Of a stretch of DNA of 64,000 nucleotides, positions 48,164 through 60,914 are shown one piece after another. The notes below the pieces were generated by a model. That model was not told the DNA's origin. It was given only the letters and a program-made list of their open reading frames with translations, and searched no databases. The stretch spans positions 682,001 through 746,000 of the forward strand of contig SMSO01000007.1 in NCBI GenBank assembly GCA_004764695.1. Direction: 5' to 3'. This DNA is from Schizochytrium sp. TIO01 (lineage: Eukaryota > Protista > Bigyra: Labyrinthulomycetes). Positions within the stretch are counted from its first letter, which is position 1. Each line of letters begins with the position of its first letter. Position numbers and translations under genes: made by a program.

Positions 48164-48818
48164 GCTATGCAGAACTAAACCTCGGAAATATCCTATGCGG
48201 ACTGCTGAGGGAAAAGATTTCCGCAATTGAGGAATAAAACCCTCTATCTTAATTCAAAATTTCTTTCCCAAAGCGATACCAAATAACAAAATTCGCATCT
48301 AGAAGAAGGGCTATGTTTTGCGATACAGTAAGCAACCCCAACATCTAGAAAGCCTGTCTGAAATCTCCTTTCCCTTGTTGTATGCATTTGGCAACAACGA
48401 CACACATATATCTAGTTGTTCTTCAAACATGGAGAGAGAACACGGCCACAATGAGATGTCTTGGTGGGGAAAAGGTTATTGGGGCCATGGAAATGATCTG
48501 CATCTTCAAGGCACTAGGCACTATCTCCGGATAAACAACTTCTTCCGAAGAATTCTAAATAATTGAGAAGTTGGTTTGTATGTACGATATTCAAGCATGT
48601 ATGTGTATTATTGATGTGAGAAGGTACCTATCTTTCTAACTTAGAAAGACAGAAACTAAGAATCCTATTGTGAAAATTACTGAATGTTTTTTACTACTCA
48701 TGAATTTAATGCGATTTAAAAAAGTAACAAAGTTTGCTTCTACCCTTCGAGCTCTGATTCCAAGTTTCATGTTTGTTATGCTATGTTTTCGGGAACAAAT
48801 CGAAAGTAGAAAAGTATC

Positions 48819-49766
48819 CTAAATAACGTATGTACATAATCCGTACACAAAGCTGAAGATGGGGACTAGAGAAAGCTTCAGAGGCGTTGCAGAATTGATC
48901 ACACTAGTAGGTCCTGGCGTTGGAACACTGGTCGGAGAGATTGTTGGTGCGGAAGTCGGCGTTGCCGTTTGTGGTGCTATCGTTGGTTCCGGGGTGGGAA
49001 CTTGTGTAGGTGCATTTGTAGGTGCTGTAGTGCATGCCTCGCCCGAGCTACATGCTTGCAATTCGCAGGAGCCAGATTGATCACTGAAAGTGCACTGGCT
49101 TTCCCCAATTCCATTACTAATGCTGAACTCGTTGCACAAATCTAGAAAAGCATCAGAAACACACCCAGTAAGAAGATTTGTGTCAAAATAAATGTTTAGA
49201 ATGTCAGGTAAGTATGCAAGGGAGTCTGGCACCGTACCTGTCAGGTTATTTTCAGATAGATCAAGCATTGTTAATGAGGTCATGTTCCCCAGCGAACTGG
49301 GAATACTGCCAGAAAGATAATTCCGGCTTAGGTCGAGGCTAAGAAGGTCAACGAGAATGCCTAGAGAAGATGGTATATTGCCTGTCAGGTGATTTTCTGA
49401 CAGGTCGAGCTCCGAGAGTGCAGCAAAGCTTGACCAAGAGCTTGGTATGGAGCCATTAAAGTCATTCGAACCAAGCAGAAGGCTCGTCAGCCCCGTGAGT
49501 GAGTCAATGGCGCTAGGCAGTTCTCCCGAGAGATTGTTATTAGCGAGATTTAATAATTCAAGATGGGGAAGCCCTTCGAAGAACCCATTAGGGAAGCTCC
49601 CTGACAGACTTTGGTCCTCACAGTCGATTTGGGTCACATTAGAGCCAAAATTCGGCCAATCTGCACAAGTTGCGGCAACCCCTAGCGCGCTTTGTGAAGA
49701 TCCTGATAAGTGAACAAACCCAATTGTAAGCCCAGCAAGAAAGCTTGAATGTAGATTAGTCCTCAT
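48819..49766 (-). CDS. Secreted/GPI-anchored leucine-rich-repeat protein with plant-type LRRs and a Pro/Thr stalk
   Basis: ATG 49766 plus hydrophobic signal; ~6 repeats of LxxLdLSxNxLtGxIPssL; TxAPT/PTPxPT repeats; hydrophobic C-terminus. Confidence 0.85.
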   Translation of the reverse strand: MRTNLHSSFLAGLTIGFVHLSGSSQSALGVAATCADWPNFGSNVTQIDCEDQSLSGSFPNGFFEGLPHLELLNLANNNLSGELPSAIDSLTGLTSLLLGSNDFNGSIPSSWSSFAALSELDLSENHLTGNIPSSLGILVDLLSLDLSRNYLSGSIPSSLGNMTSLTMLDLSENNLTGTVPDSLAYLPDILNIYFDTNLLTGCVSDAFLDLCNEFSISNGIGESQCTFSDQSGSCELQACSSGEACTTAPTNAPTQVPTPEPTIAPQTATPTSAPTISPTSVPTPGPTSVINSATPLKLSLVPIFSFVYGLCTYVI

Positions 49767-52700
49767 TTCAATCACTCGCCAATCAACCAACTTGCACGGA
49801 CTCTGCTTTTGAGTGTTACGCTTCGGCTCAAGCGTATTTGGCTCTTGAGCATGCAGGAGTAAGTTCCCCTGTGTTCTCTTCACCTGCTGGCGACCCTGTA
49901 TTATATTGATATGCTCTGTTAAGGTTTTAAAAAAATGTTCGTTTCAATATTCAAAGGCCGCCCCGCTCGCTTTGTTATAGTCTCTTCCTTTCCTTGAACA
50001 GGAAGGCATGTAGTACAAATGTCTCTACTTCTCGCGACTAGCCCATCCTGAAAACATGATATTTATAATTGTGTCAAACTTTGTTTCTAGTTGATTGAGG
50101 AGAGTGGGGGTACAGGCCGCCCATGTGCTGTAGGAGCTATTCCAAAGTCTCATTACAGGCCACTACAATCCCATCTCATTTTTCAAAAGCATGACAATAT
50201 CCTCTTACCTACAAGTGTTGCTAGTTGCAACGGAAACATAACTACAAGGCGGTTACGTAAACCGAATCCTGACCATTTTAAGGTGTTCTATTTTCGTTCT
50301 ATGATTGTTTGCCCCAGTTCTTCCACGCTTTATGCGTGATGATAATATTATCAGTATTAAATGCAATTTTCGAAAGCATAAAGCATACAACTGTAGGCAT
50401 CCCTGCTCGTCATGATTAGCTGCAATCAATTCGTGGGTCGTGAACTTAAAAAAGTTCAAGAGAAGAAAGCCATTGCGTTTATTTATGCAGGGAGCATGCG
50501 ACGAGAAATTTCAATGTACGCAAGTATTGCGAAAGTTAGGTATTGAGGTAAAGCGGAGACTCGCAAATTTCGTAGCATCCTTGACAGAACAGTGCGCAGA
50601 ACCGAACCAAATCAGCGGCTTGCTAGGTGTCTACTAAATGGGGCCCATATAATTCATATTAATTAGTAGCTTTGGCCTTTTTCAGAGGGGGATGGAAGAA
50701 GGTGCTACAAAGTGGATGGAGCCTACGTGAAGGTGCTACAATCGCATGAGAATATGCTACATTCGCGGTTTGTGCGCGCAGCATCGAAAACTGCTACGAG
50801 AATTTCTGCTCGCAGCGGCAGCGAGCGTCCCGTCCTAAGAAAACAAGTTGCAAACAATTTATGGTTAGCTGTTCGCATCACGATCTACATAATATGAGAA
50901 CTTACGAACAGCGAGACTCCTAGTAAGAAGAAAACATAATAGGGAACGAAGGATGGCGCTTCAATGAACCTCCAAGGGCAACCCTTGACTGCATGTCTTT
51001 GCAGGCATGTGAACCACCAACAAAAACAGTCTCAGTTTCGACAAGTGTCCACAGTCATCAGTCTAACTGATGGAATTTTCGTAGGCACCGTGCTCAGAAC
51101 AGTGGCAGAGCGTTCTATATGCTGGCGATTCACGGCGCTGACTATCACAAGTTTAGTTTCATATTCATATTTTCATTTTTTAAATTTCACTTCATTGTAT
51201 TTCATTAAAAAAATATTATTATTATTTAAAAAAAAAAAAAAAAAAAAACACTAACAAAAAAAACATACACGTCGCCTCAGGGTCAGGCTGGTTGATGATT
51301 TCGAAGAGGTAATCGCACCATAGGCGATCTGCGTGTATATTCGGTTTTCGCTGTGCAATCAAGGAGTTAGTACTGCTTCCGGACAAATGATTGCAGCTGG
51401 TTTTCTATGAAATTTCGGGTTCGACACCTTTAAAGAAGGAAAAAAAAAGAAAAGAATTTTATTCTTTTACTACACATAAGCCCAGTGATAGGTATTTGCC
51501 GCTGTAGACAGTGTGTCAAATTAGTTATTATCATATGAGATATATTTTAAAGTAAAATTTTAAATTCTTTATTTCTAGTATGATATTGTATCAGCCCAGT
51601 AGAAAAGCCAGAAGCTAGACTGCATGTATCTATACTATATTTTTTTTTTTTTTTTTAAATAGTTGATTTTCATTTCAAATAATTATCATGCAGTAGTTTT
51701 AACTTTTACTTATGATATATGCATATTATATTATCAGAAAGTAAAACCTTACCTACCTACACGCATCTTAGGGAGGGGAGCATGACTCCCAGAATCCTGA
51801 TGAACGACGATGCTACCTATATGTGAATATAGAGAGTAAATGCCACCTTTTTATGCATAGTCGAACAATAGAATAGTAAAGGAAAAGATACAAAGTGCTA
51901 CTTTCTGTAATGGCATTAAAAAGAAGGTTTTGAATGAAATGTAAACGATCTCAAACTCAGAGCAGGGGACTTGAAGTATGCCTACATATTATTAATACTG
52001 CATGCCCCGAAGGAGAGGGTGCTGTTTCTTTTTTATATTCTTGCTTTCTTTCGTCTTTCTAGAAATACACTACTATGGATCACGCAGAAGAAACCGAGTG
52101 CAACAAATTTAGTATCAAATCATACAAACAGTTAACTGTATCATCAAAATAATTTCGAGATTTTTACGCCAATTAGGTAAAAAGCAGACTATTCCCTCGT
52201 GAAAGATGTCCATCTTAAATCCGCCTTTCTTAAAAGTACCTACTGGTGCATGCTCCTTGAGTTGGTGATTTGGCTAGGTGGTTTACTTAGACATTCGACC
52301 TGTTCATCTTGTACCCATTTTCGAAGCGTGTCAATATACTGTTTATGGGACGTGGGAGTTCAGCAAGACCTAATTTACCTTGTCAATGTTCTCAAAGGGC
52401 AAGGCCAAGTAAGGTGTAAACTAGTAGCACCTAAATCCTAAGTGGACGGTTCACATACCGATCAATATATTATGAAAGGTATCAGGGCTACTTCTGTTTT
52501 GGTATTATTCTTAATGGCTACGACGGGAGTCTATCGACTAGTAGCGATTTAAATTTGGACAGTTCATTCTCTTACCGGCTTAGTTGGGTCTGTAGACGAG
52601 GAGGCTCAACGCAGCGGAGTGTTGAAGATAGGGCATTCTTGCAATTGCGCCAACCAAGTAATAGCTATTTTACGATAGCTAGGTATCGCAACAATTATAT

Positions 52701-54055
52701 ACTTATAACTATATTATCTATGAAACATACATACTCTGGGGATTGAAAAGGCTAATTCGATGATTGCTTGTTGTGGTGCAGGTGCTTCATTTCCATTTCA
52801 ATAGAACATGCATTATTTGTTCTGCAAATGTAAAGAGACGCAGACCCCTTTAAATTTTTTTTTAAAAAATCTTTGTTTAACCGAAAACTTCCAGGGTGAA
52901 GGACTAAAAAATAAAAATGAAAGAAATGCTCAAGTTAACTCTAGGTCTACAGAGAGAAAAGTTTCATTTGTAAAAGAGTGATAAAAACAAAATAATCTTT
53001 TTAGTGTGCGCTTAAAAGTTCTCGAAGGAAGGATGGCTCCTACACTGGCGTAGGTGGGTTCTAAGGCTGGCTGTAAATAAAACCTAAGGGATGAAGGCGC
53101 GAGAGAGGGCGAACTTGCAGAGCGTTGTGTTGCCTCGTTTCAAGAGCACTCAACCCAAACAAAGCGTCGCGACTTCTCAAGATCTTCGGTCAGCAAACCC
53201 CCAAAGCGAGCTCGCAAGCAAGCCATCATCAGTGCAAACTAGTCGTCAGTTGCCCATCTAGGTTACAGATTGCATTAAAAGCAAAGCAAATTGTTGAAGG
53301 CAACGCAAAGCAAAGGTAGACCAAACCAAAGCAAAGCAAAGCAAAGCAAAGCAAAGGTAGCTCTCTCTAATAACCTTATTAGAGCAGCTGGCGCTCTTTT
53401 GGCTCAGGCATCCTCTTTGAATCAGATTCAGCCGCTAATTGCGGATAAGCGGAAGCAAGGCAAGGTAGAGACAACAGGTTTGAGTTGAGGGGCTTCTGAT
53501 TCTTCGATTCCCTCATTGCGCAGGTTTATACTAAGTATTGAACGAGTGTTGTTGAGTGAGACTCGAGTGATTCATTCATTCACTTGTCTCCTTTCTCACT
53601 CGCTCTTTCAATCACATCATTAGTGCTCTAAAGAGAGCATTGGCAGATACTACTACCTCCTAGTTGGGGCTACATCACATTCACTCACTCGCTCCTTCTC
53701 ATTTTTTCTCTTTGTTTGTTTGGTTGTTTGACAGATTGAGTGTTTTTGACTGATTGACTGAATTGTTCATTTGATCAAATTGAACTTAAATAGAGCAATT
53801 GCATTGATTGATTGATTGATTAATTGATTTGATTCTTCACCGTCAATTTAAAAAAAATCATTTGATCCATCGATCATCGTCAGTCAATCAATCAATCGAT
53901 CAATCAATCAATCAGTCACTCATCGATCGATCGGTCACTCGATCCGATCGACAGTAGCAACAGCTCCCGCGAGTGAGCAACCGACCGATCGTTCGCGATC
54001 AACATAGCATTCGACCAGCCGAGCAACAGCCGCAGAGCAGCAGTTGCATAGCAGG

Positions 54056-56866
54056 ATGGAGCGCGTGGAGGCGCTGAGCGCAGCTGCCGCTGCCAAGGGC
54101 GAGGATGTGCGCCAGCTCAAGAGCGAGGGCAAGCCCATCGAAGAGGCCCTCGCCGCTCTCAAGGATGCCAAGAGCGCTCTGGAGGCCGCCGTGAAGGAGG
54201 TCCTCCCCGCGCAGGAGGCTGCTCTTGAGCAGCTTAAGGCCAGCGGCGCCTCGGAGAGCGAGGTGCAGGCTGCTGAGGCCATTGTGAAGGACCTCCAGAG
54301 CAAGCTCCCCGAGGACAAGAAGGCCAAGAAGAAGCGCGAGAAGGAGGAGAAGAAGAAGAACTCCGGCGCTAGCGACGCCAAGGATGCTCCCAAGGCCGCC
54401 AACGACGGCGAGGCAGGCATGTCCAAGAAGGAGCTCAACAAGCTTCGCAAGAAGGAGGCCCGCAAGGCCGCCAAGTCCGAGGACGCCCCCACCCCTGCCC
54501 CTGCCGCCGCTGCTGCTCCTGCTGCTCCTGCCGCCGCTGCTGCTTCATCTTCGGCACCAGCTGCCATCGGCGCGGACTTTCCTCTGCTGGCACTGCTTGT
54601 GTCTGGCATGACCAAGGAAAAGGCAATCCGCGGCAACGTAGCCGAAATCTCCGTGGGAAAGGGTGCCGGCGCAGGCAAGGCTCGTGGCGACGAGTCTGTG
54701 GCTCGCTTCCTTGCACGCTCTCACCCTGAGAGTGGCCTGTACAACGGATCTGCTGCCGCCCTTGCGGAGGTTGACTCGTGGATCGAGGCCTCTCGCACCC
54801 GTGCAATGGACTCTGAGGAGGGCCTCAACGCTCTTGACGAGGCCCTTGGCGCACGCGGCTTCCTCGCGGCTAACTCTGCTGCCCTCTCACTTGCAGATCT
54901 CGCTGTCTGGGCAGCGCTCATTCGCAGCGTCCGCGGAGACCTGGCTGCTCTCCAGAAGCTCGTTGCTAAGCGTGCCAATCTGGCCAGATGGGTCGCCGCT
55001 ATTGGCGGGCTTGGTGAGGCTATGATGGCCGCCAACACCTTCAAGAAGTTTCTCGTCGCCGCCGAAGAGGATGCCAAGAACGGTGCCAAGAACGCCAACA
55101 CTGACAAGAAAAACGCTGGCAAGAACGCCAACGCTGACAAGAAGAGCGCTGGCAAGAAGAAGGAGTTGAAGCTCCCCCCGCTCAAAAACGCTGAGGAGGG
55201 CAAGGTGGTGACTCGGTTCCCGCCTGAGCCGAGTGGACACCTTCACGTGGGACACTTCAAGGCGATGTTTATGAACAAGATGTACGCAGACATGTACAAG
55301 GGCAAGATGCTGCTGCGTTTCGACGATACCAACCCGAACAACGAGAAGGTTGAGTTTGAGGAGGGTATCTTGGAGGACATCAAGTCTTTGGGAATTACCC
55401 CCGCATCTGTGTCTTGGACCTCCGACCACTTTGAGCTTATTCTCAAGTACGCTGTGCAACTCATCAAGCAGGGCGATGCCTTTATGGACGACACCCCCCA
55501 GGAGACCATGTCCGAGGAGCGCCGTGCCGGTACTGAGTCCAAGCACCGCAATGACCCCAAGGATCTCAACCTTGTTCGCTTCATGGGTCTCGTTTACGGT
55601 GACGCCGCGCCGAGCAAGGCCGTAACCTACGGCGCCGGAGAGGTCTTCGAGGACGCCGCTCTTGTGGCTCAATTTGAGAAGGACCTGCCGACGCTCAAGA
55701 ACTGGTGCCTGCGCGCCAAGATTGATATGGCCAGCAAGAACAAGGCCCTCTGTGATCCGGTCATCTTCCGTGGCAACGAGACCCCCCACGCTCGCGTAAA
55801 GAGCACTTACAAGGCGTTTCCCACCTACGATCTGGCCTGCCCCATTGTGGATAGCGTTGAGGGTGTCACCCACGCCCTGCGTGATATCCAGTACCGCGAC
55901 CGTGTGCCGTTGTACCAGTGGTTCTTCCCCAAGCTTGGTCTGCGTCCTGTGGAGATCCAGGACTTCTCGCGCATGAACTTCGTGTACACGCTCATGAGTA
56001 AGCGTAAGCTCAAGTGGTTCGTGGAGCAGGGCATCGTCAACTCCTGGAACGACCCCCGCTTCCCGACCGTCAAGGGTGTGTTGCGCAGAGGTATGACCGT
56101 GAGCGCCCTCCAAGACTTTAACGTGGAGCAGGGTACCAGCAAGAACGTTACCACCATGGAATACGACAAGTTCTGGGCTCTTAACAAGAAGCACGTGGAC
56201 CCTTACGCCCCGCGTTTCATGGCCGTCAGCGGAGAGACTAACGCCATCCTGCGCATCAACAACGCGGACGGTACACCCTTCGCAGAACAGTGGGCCACCG
56301 CCGCCAACCACCCTAAGAACGCAGAACTCGGCACACGAGCTGTCCTCAGGGGCCCTGAGCTTCTCGTGGAGCTTGAGGATCTTCAGGCCAACGAGAACTT
56401 GCCCAAACTTGAGGTTGGCGAGAACATTATCCTCTTTACCTGGGGAGTGATGAAGGTCACCAAGGTTGAGACAGACGCTGACGGCGTTGTTCGCAGCGCT
56501 GAGTGCACCTTTGACCCGCAGGGAGACGTCAAGCTGCCCAAGCGGAAGCTTCACTGGGTTGCCAAGAGCGAGCACAACGTAAACATCACCATGCACGAGT
56601 TTGACCACCTCATCACTAAGCCCAAGATTGAGGAGGGAGATGACTTTAAGGACTTCATCAACGCCAACTCCCACGCAACCACTACTCTTGTGGCTGAGCC
56701 TGCTATTCGCAACATTAAGAAGGACACCTTCCTTGAGCTCATGCGCCGCGGTCTCTTCCGCGTTGACCAGGCTCAAGGTCCTGAGACGCCCATGAACATC
56801 TTTGCCATCCCCGACGGCAGGCAGAAGGCCATGAGCACGCTCGGCTCCAAGCTCGCTCACCGTTAA
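54056..56866 (+). CDS. Cytosolic glutamyl-tRNA synthetase with N-terminal WHEP-like and GST-like domains
   Basis: VVTRFPPEPSGHLHVGH (HIGH), LRFDDTNP, PTYDLACPIVDSVEGVTHALR, LMSKRKL, WNDPRFPTVKGVLRRGMT. N-terminal GEDVRQLKSEG (WHEP) and LSLADLAVW (GST_C). No ProRS fusion. Confidence 0.95.
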   Translation: MERVEALSAAAAAKGEDVRQLKSEGKPIEEALAALKDAKSALEAAVKEVLPAQEAALEQLKASGASESEVQAAEAIVKDLQSKLPEDKKAKKKREKEEKKKNSGASDAKDAPKAANDGEAGMSKKELNKLRKKEARKAAKSEDAPTPAPAAAAAPAAPAAAAASSSAPAAIGADFPLLALLVSGMTKEKAIRGNVAEISVGKGAGAGKARGDESVARFLARSHPESGLYNGSAAALAEVDSWIEASRTRAMDSEEGLNALDEALGARGFLAANSAALSLADLAVWAALIRSVRGDLAALQKLVAKRANLARWVAAIGGLGEAMMAANTFKKFLVAAEEDAKNGAKNANTDKKNAGKNANADKKSAGKKKELKLPPLKNAEEGKVVTRFPPEPSGHLHVGHFKAMFMNKMYADMYKGKMLLRFDDTNPNNEKVEFEEGILEDIKSLGITPASVSWTSDHFELILKYAVQLIKQGDAFMDDTPQETMSEERRAGTESKHRNDPKDLNLVRFMGLVYGDAAPSKAVTYGAGEVFEDAALVAQFEKDLPTLKNWCLRAKIDMASKNKALCDPVIFRGNETPHARVKSTYKAFPTYDLACPIVDSVEGVTHALRDIQYRDRVPLYQWFFPKLGLRPVEIQDFSRMNFVYTLMSKRKLKWFVEQGIVNSWNDPRFPTVKGVLRRGMTVSALQDFNVEQGTSKNVTTMEYDKFWALNKKHVDPYAPRFMAVSGETNAILRINNADGTPFAEQWATAANHPKNAELGTRAVLRGPELLVELEDLQANENLPKLEVGENIILFTWGVMKVTKVETDADGVVRSAECTFDPQGDVKLPKRKLHWVAKSEHNVNITMHEFDHLITKPKIEEGDDFKDFINANSHATTTLVAEPAIRNIKKDTFLELMRRGLFRVDQAQGPETPMNIFAIPDGRQKAMSTLGSKLAHR

Positions 56867-58320
56867 AATAAGAACTTTGAAAAAAGTTCTTGATGTTGTC
56901 TGCCCGCCTGACTGCCTGTTTGCCTGCCTGCTGTCTGAATCCCTCCTTACTTGGTAAATATCCCAGACTATCGCTAATAATACAACTTTTCAGATAATTC
57001 ATGCTCTCCCAAGTTTTAAAACTAGCTGACTGTGCTGGATATTCCTTCTATCCTTGTTGCCAGGCTATCGCTAATGAAGCTCTTCAAAACCGAAGAGTGA
57101 GGAGGCTGATACAAACAAAAGAAGGGTATTGGACACCGAGGAATCTAGGGTGATTGTTTATCACTTGCATGTTCCTGTTCAACTCTGTGTTCATTTGGTT
57201 TGAACGCACTAAACTATCGCTAGCACAGCCTTTCACATATCTTCAGCTTCTGGCAAACTCTCTTTCACTTTAAAGAAATTAAATTATTTCAGTCTAGCCT
57301 ACAAATTTTATGTGTAGCTTGCTCTTTTGACTCCATCTGATCTACCTGGGGACTGCCTGAGCATTATTCAAGAATTACTTTTAGTTGCTTTGCCTGCTTC
57401 CCTCCACCATTCACTATTCTTCAAAAATTTAACCTGCACCTTATAATAAACGAACCTGGAGTCTTTACCATAGACGAGAATACTCACAAAGAATGAGCTC
57501 CTAATCCTCACCTTCATCCTTCAAATTGGTTGGATTTTGTGCTCGGACCTCATCATTTCTCAAGTTTGGACTTGCAACTAAACTTGAGGATCAATTTCAG
57601 GAGCAAAGTAATTTTGACTAGTCCAAGCATTCTCAAAGAGGAATAAGAAGAGCTCCGGCTGATTGTGTTGTGATAACGAAAACGAAATTCATAAAGACTT
57701 ACATCCAGCTTGCTGATTGGACTGGGTGTTTTAGAAAACCTCAAACTTCAGATTTGCACTCTTGCGAAATATCCAGCTCCTTGGAAACATCATCTTGCTT
57801 GATGAGAGATACCAGCGCTCTTTTTGTTCCTGGTAGATACTATGCTAGCCCAAACGATGCTCAATAAAGGCGGACTTAGCCCACTCACTGATTTTTGCAG
57901 TTTATTTCTCACTTATGAACCGATTCCACAAATCTAAAATTCCACATCTATATTTTGATAAATTGGTTTCTATATTTTTCAGATGCATGTGGTTAATGAC
58001 TAAATTCGAAGTTTGTTTTTTATTTATCAAGCATAATGCGATGCTCTGCCTCACGGGATAAAGACAATCAAACCATTGCAAGGAATACATAGTATGTGGC
58101 TAGGAAACGTGTAGTGCAACTAACAATGGGGCATTTGAGCAAGCATGCAATATAGGAGTGGAGCAATCAATCGTTGCAGAAAAGGCATAGGGGATAATAC
58201 GTTTTATCATTATTATTGTTATTGTTATTGTTGTTTGTCAGTTATTCCAGAGAAAGATGAGAGAGATAAAGTGGGAACTAATGTATGTTGCACGAAGGGT
58301 TTGGAGGTAGGTTTAAATAC

Positions 58321-58833
58321 CTACACAGCCGTGAGATCCTCTTGACTGTCAATCTCCTGGAAAGCACCAGATGGATACTCAGAGGTGAGCCCCTCCTCAC
58401 GGCCATCATCGCCAAGAAGCTGATCCTTCGCCTTGACCAAAAGTGCACCAAAAGCACCATAGAGAAGAAATAGCGCAATGGCGAAGAGCAAAGCAAAAAC
58501 ATTACCAGTGACACCAAAATCTTTTCCACATGCAGCGTTCATAGCCTTCTTTTTATGAATCTGGCCGCCCAAGAGCACAGCAGTGCACAAAGTCCAGTTT
58601 GCAAGCATAAAAATGGCACCAATGAAAAGACCAACACCGATCGCCGTGCGGTGCTTCTTCATAATGAGAGTTCCTGCAACGGAAACGAAAATTGCACAGA
58701 ACGAGAACCACACAAGCATGAAAGCCTCATGATGGTCGGTAATCCCATCCGCACTTGCATCGGAGCACGATGGGCCTTTAAAGTTGCCAACCGAGCCGAA
58801 CCAACTAAAAAGCACAAACATGCACAGAAAAAC
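58321..58833 (-). CDS. Last exon of a hypothetical multi-pass membrane protein; upstream exons unresolved
   Basis: In-frame acceptor tgtttag at 58834; three or more hydrophobic helices. A possible first exon ATGGAGCTTCATCCAG|GTACG lies at 59619-59634. Confidence 0.6.
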   Translation of the reverse strand, partial: VFLCMFVLFSWFGSVGNFKGPSCSDASADGITDHHEAFMLVWFSFCAIFVSVAGTLIMKKHRTAIGVGLFIGAIFMLANWTLCTAVLLGGQIHKKKAMNAACGKDFGVTGNVFALLFAIALFLLYGAFGALLVKAKDQLLGDDGREEGLTSEYPSGAFQEIDSQEDLTAV

Positions 58834-60914
58834 CTAAACATCTCACGCAAATGTAGATTTTAACAAACCAACTAAGTCAGTAATTGTTCATCATGCATTG
58901 ATACAAACACCTTAAAGTATCGATTTCTCGCTTGCATGCCAATTATTCACTATTCCTGCCTTCCTAAACCCGCAAGACTCTCAAGCTTTCACTGCATAAA
59001 AACGACACAAGCATCAGCAATATGCGAAAGGGGTTGCCTGTCGGGTAGATTTGATCAACAATATTTCTGCTCAAGATCCTGATATTGTACGCCTCCTTCT
59101 TTGCAGAACGATGTAAATCTATGCTCTGCATGTGGAACCACCGCCTAGCGTTACCGAAACCAACCCTCAAGAAAGCAACAGCAATGAATCATGGGTAGGT
59201 CTTCAATAACTGCATCGACTATGGTTTCCTGATTGTAGCACAGTCAGATTGTAGGATTGACAAACAACATCAGAAGAAATTTATGTCGTAATATGCCAAA
59301 GATTTTCGTGTCTGTACTGTCTACGTAAGCAACAGAAAGACGAAAGTAAGATTGGATTCAAGGCTGTTCAGTTCCTCCAACATTCGCGCTCACACTGGAA
59401 AGTCATCTAACGCCTTCAAAAATAGAAAGCGAGTTTGGGGAATGGGCAAGCAACACAGGTCGTGGATCATCGTACAGAATGAATCCTTTCTGTACGAAGG
59501 GGAAGCAGCTTTCTAGTGGTTGTTTGTTTGTACGTTGTCTTGGTTTGGCTACTTTTGCAGACGTGCCACCTGGTCATCAGGAGAAGCGAAAAAAAAAAAT
59601 CAACTGCTGTTAACGTACCTGGATGAAGCTCCATAGGAGCGTGAGCAAGTCGAAGTCGTCCATCTAGGCTATGAAGCGTGTATGAATCTCGCGCAGATTA
59701 TAATCGATGCACGAAGGATTGAGGTCTGATTGATTGATCGTTTGTTTGATTCACCTACTTGTACGCATATTTAATCTTTTTCTTCTTCTTCTTCTTTTTT
59801 CTAGGAATTCCTACTTGTTACGTAGTAGTAGAAAGATCTTTCACCTCAACATTGTTTTCATAGGTACTATAAGATAGATAACTAATGCAATCTTACAATC
59901 ATTAGGGAAAACGAGCACTGGGTATTTGCATCTCGTTACTTTGCACATGACACCAGTGCGGGAAGGCAATGTTTTCAGCTAAGCCGATAGACATTTTGAT
60001 TATGATACTAGCTTGGTTTTTAAACTCAAAAGTTTTACTAGAACTTGCAATTGGATTGGGTGTTTCAAGGCAATTTTACAATTACTAAGTTTTCGAAAGG
60101 ATTTGCAACAATGGGAGATGAAAACTACAACCGCTTCCTTTATTCCTCATATAGATGGCGGAGGTTACGTTGATACCCCATTCCTTCAAGGTGCAAAAAG
60201 TTTTCTCACCATACTCATTGCTGTTTAAACTGCTCTATGTTGGAGCCTGGAACAACTCCTAGCTTGAGGACAGGCCAAGATATGTAGAGCAAAAATAAAG
60301 AGAGCAAATTGAAGCAAAACATTCTCTTGCTGACAAATGTACATTGGTTAGTACAAATCAAAGTCTTATAATTTTGAGCCTTTTTAATGTGCAAAATTAA
60401 ATGCAAGGTCAGGAACCCATATCTACTTTATTAAAATGTTATGAAATGAAAATTACCGGGCAATGAAAGAGAATAACGAGTCTTGCATTTGTGTGTGTAT
60501 GCAAGCGTGGAAGTGGTAGGGATGTTATGAGTAAAGCACGTAGGTAGTTGATCAATCAAAAAGTCAATAGTCAGACGAATGTGCCCAATTGCTCATTACG
60601 AGCTACCGCCTTCTTCTTCTTGATCACCGAAAGAAAAACAAGGTGTTGCCTTTCCCCTCAGTTATGAGCACATTGGGCGCACAGAGTTAATTTTGGATCA
60701 GAGCTTGAGTGGTACATTTTTAGATTTGGCAAGTGCTGATATCCAATTCAGTAAAAGAGAGACAGGATACGAAGTTAGAAACTGAGTTAGGCGTCGAGGC
60801 GGGATATTGTTTTGGTCCGTGTCTATATCGCAATACTCTCCTTCTTCCTCTTCCTTAGGATAGACGTGCAAAGGGGGGAGGTCGTTGTCCAAAAGAAGAG
60901 GAAGAGGCTGATTG

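Noticed and set aside
54887-56860. 657-aa antisense ORF
   Set aside because: Shadow of GluRS caused by strong codon bias; no independent motifs.
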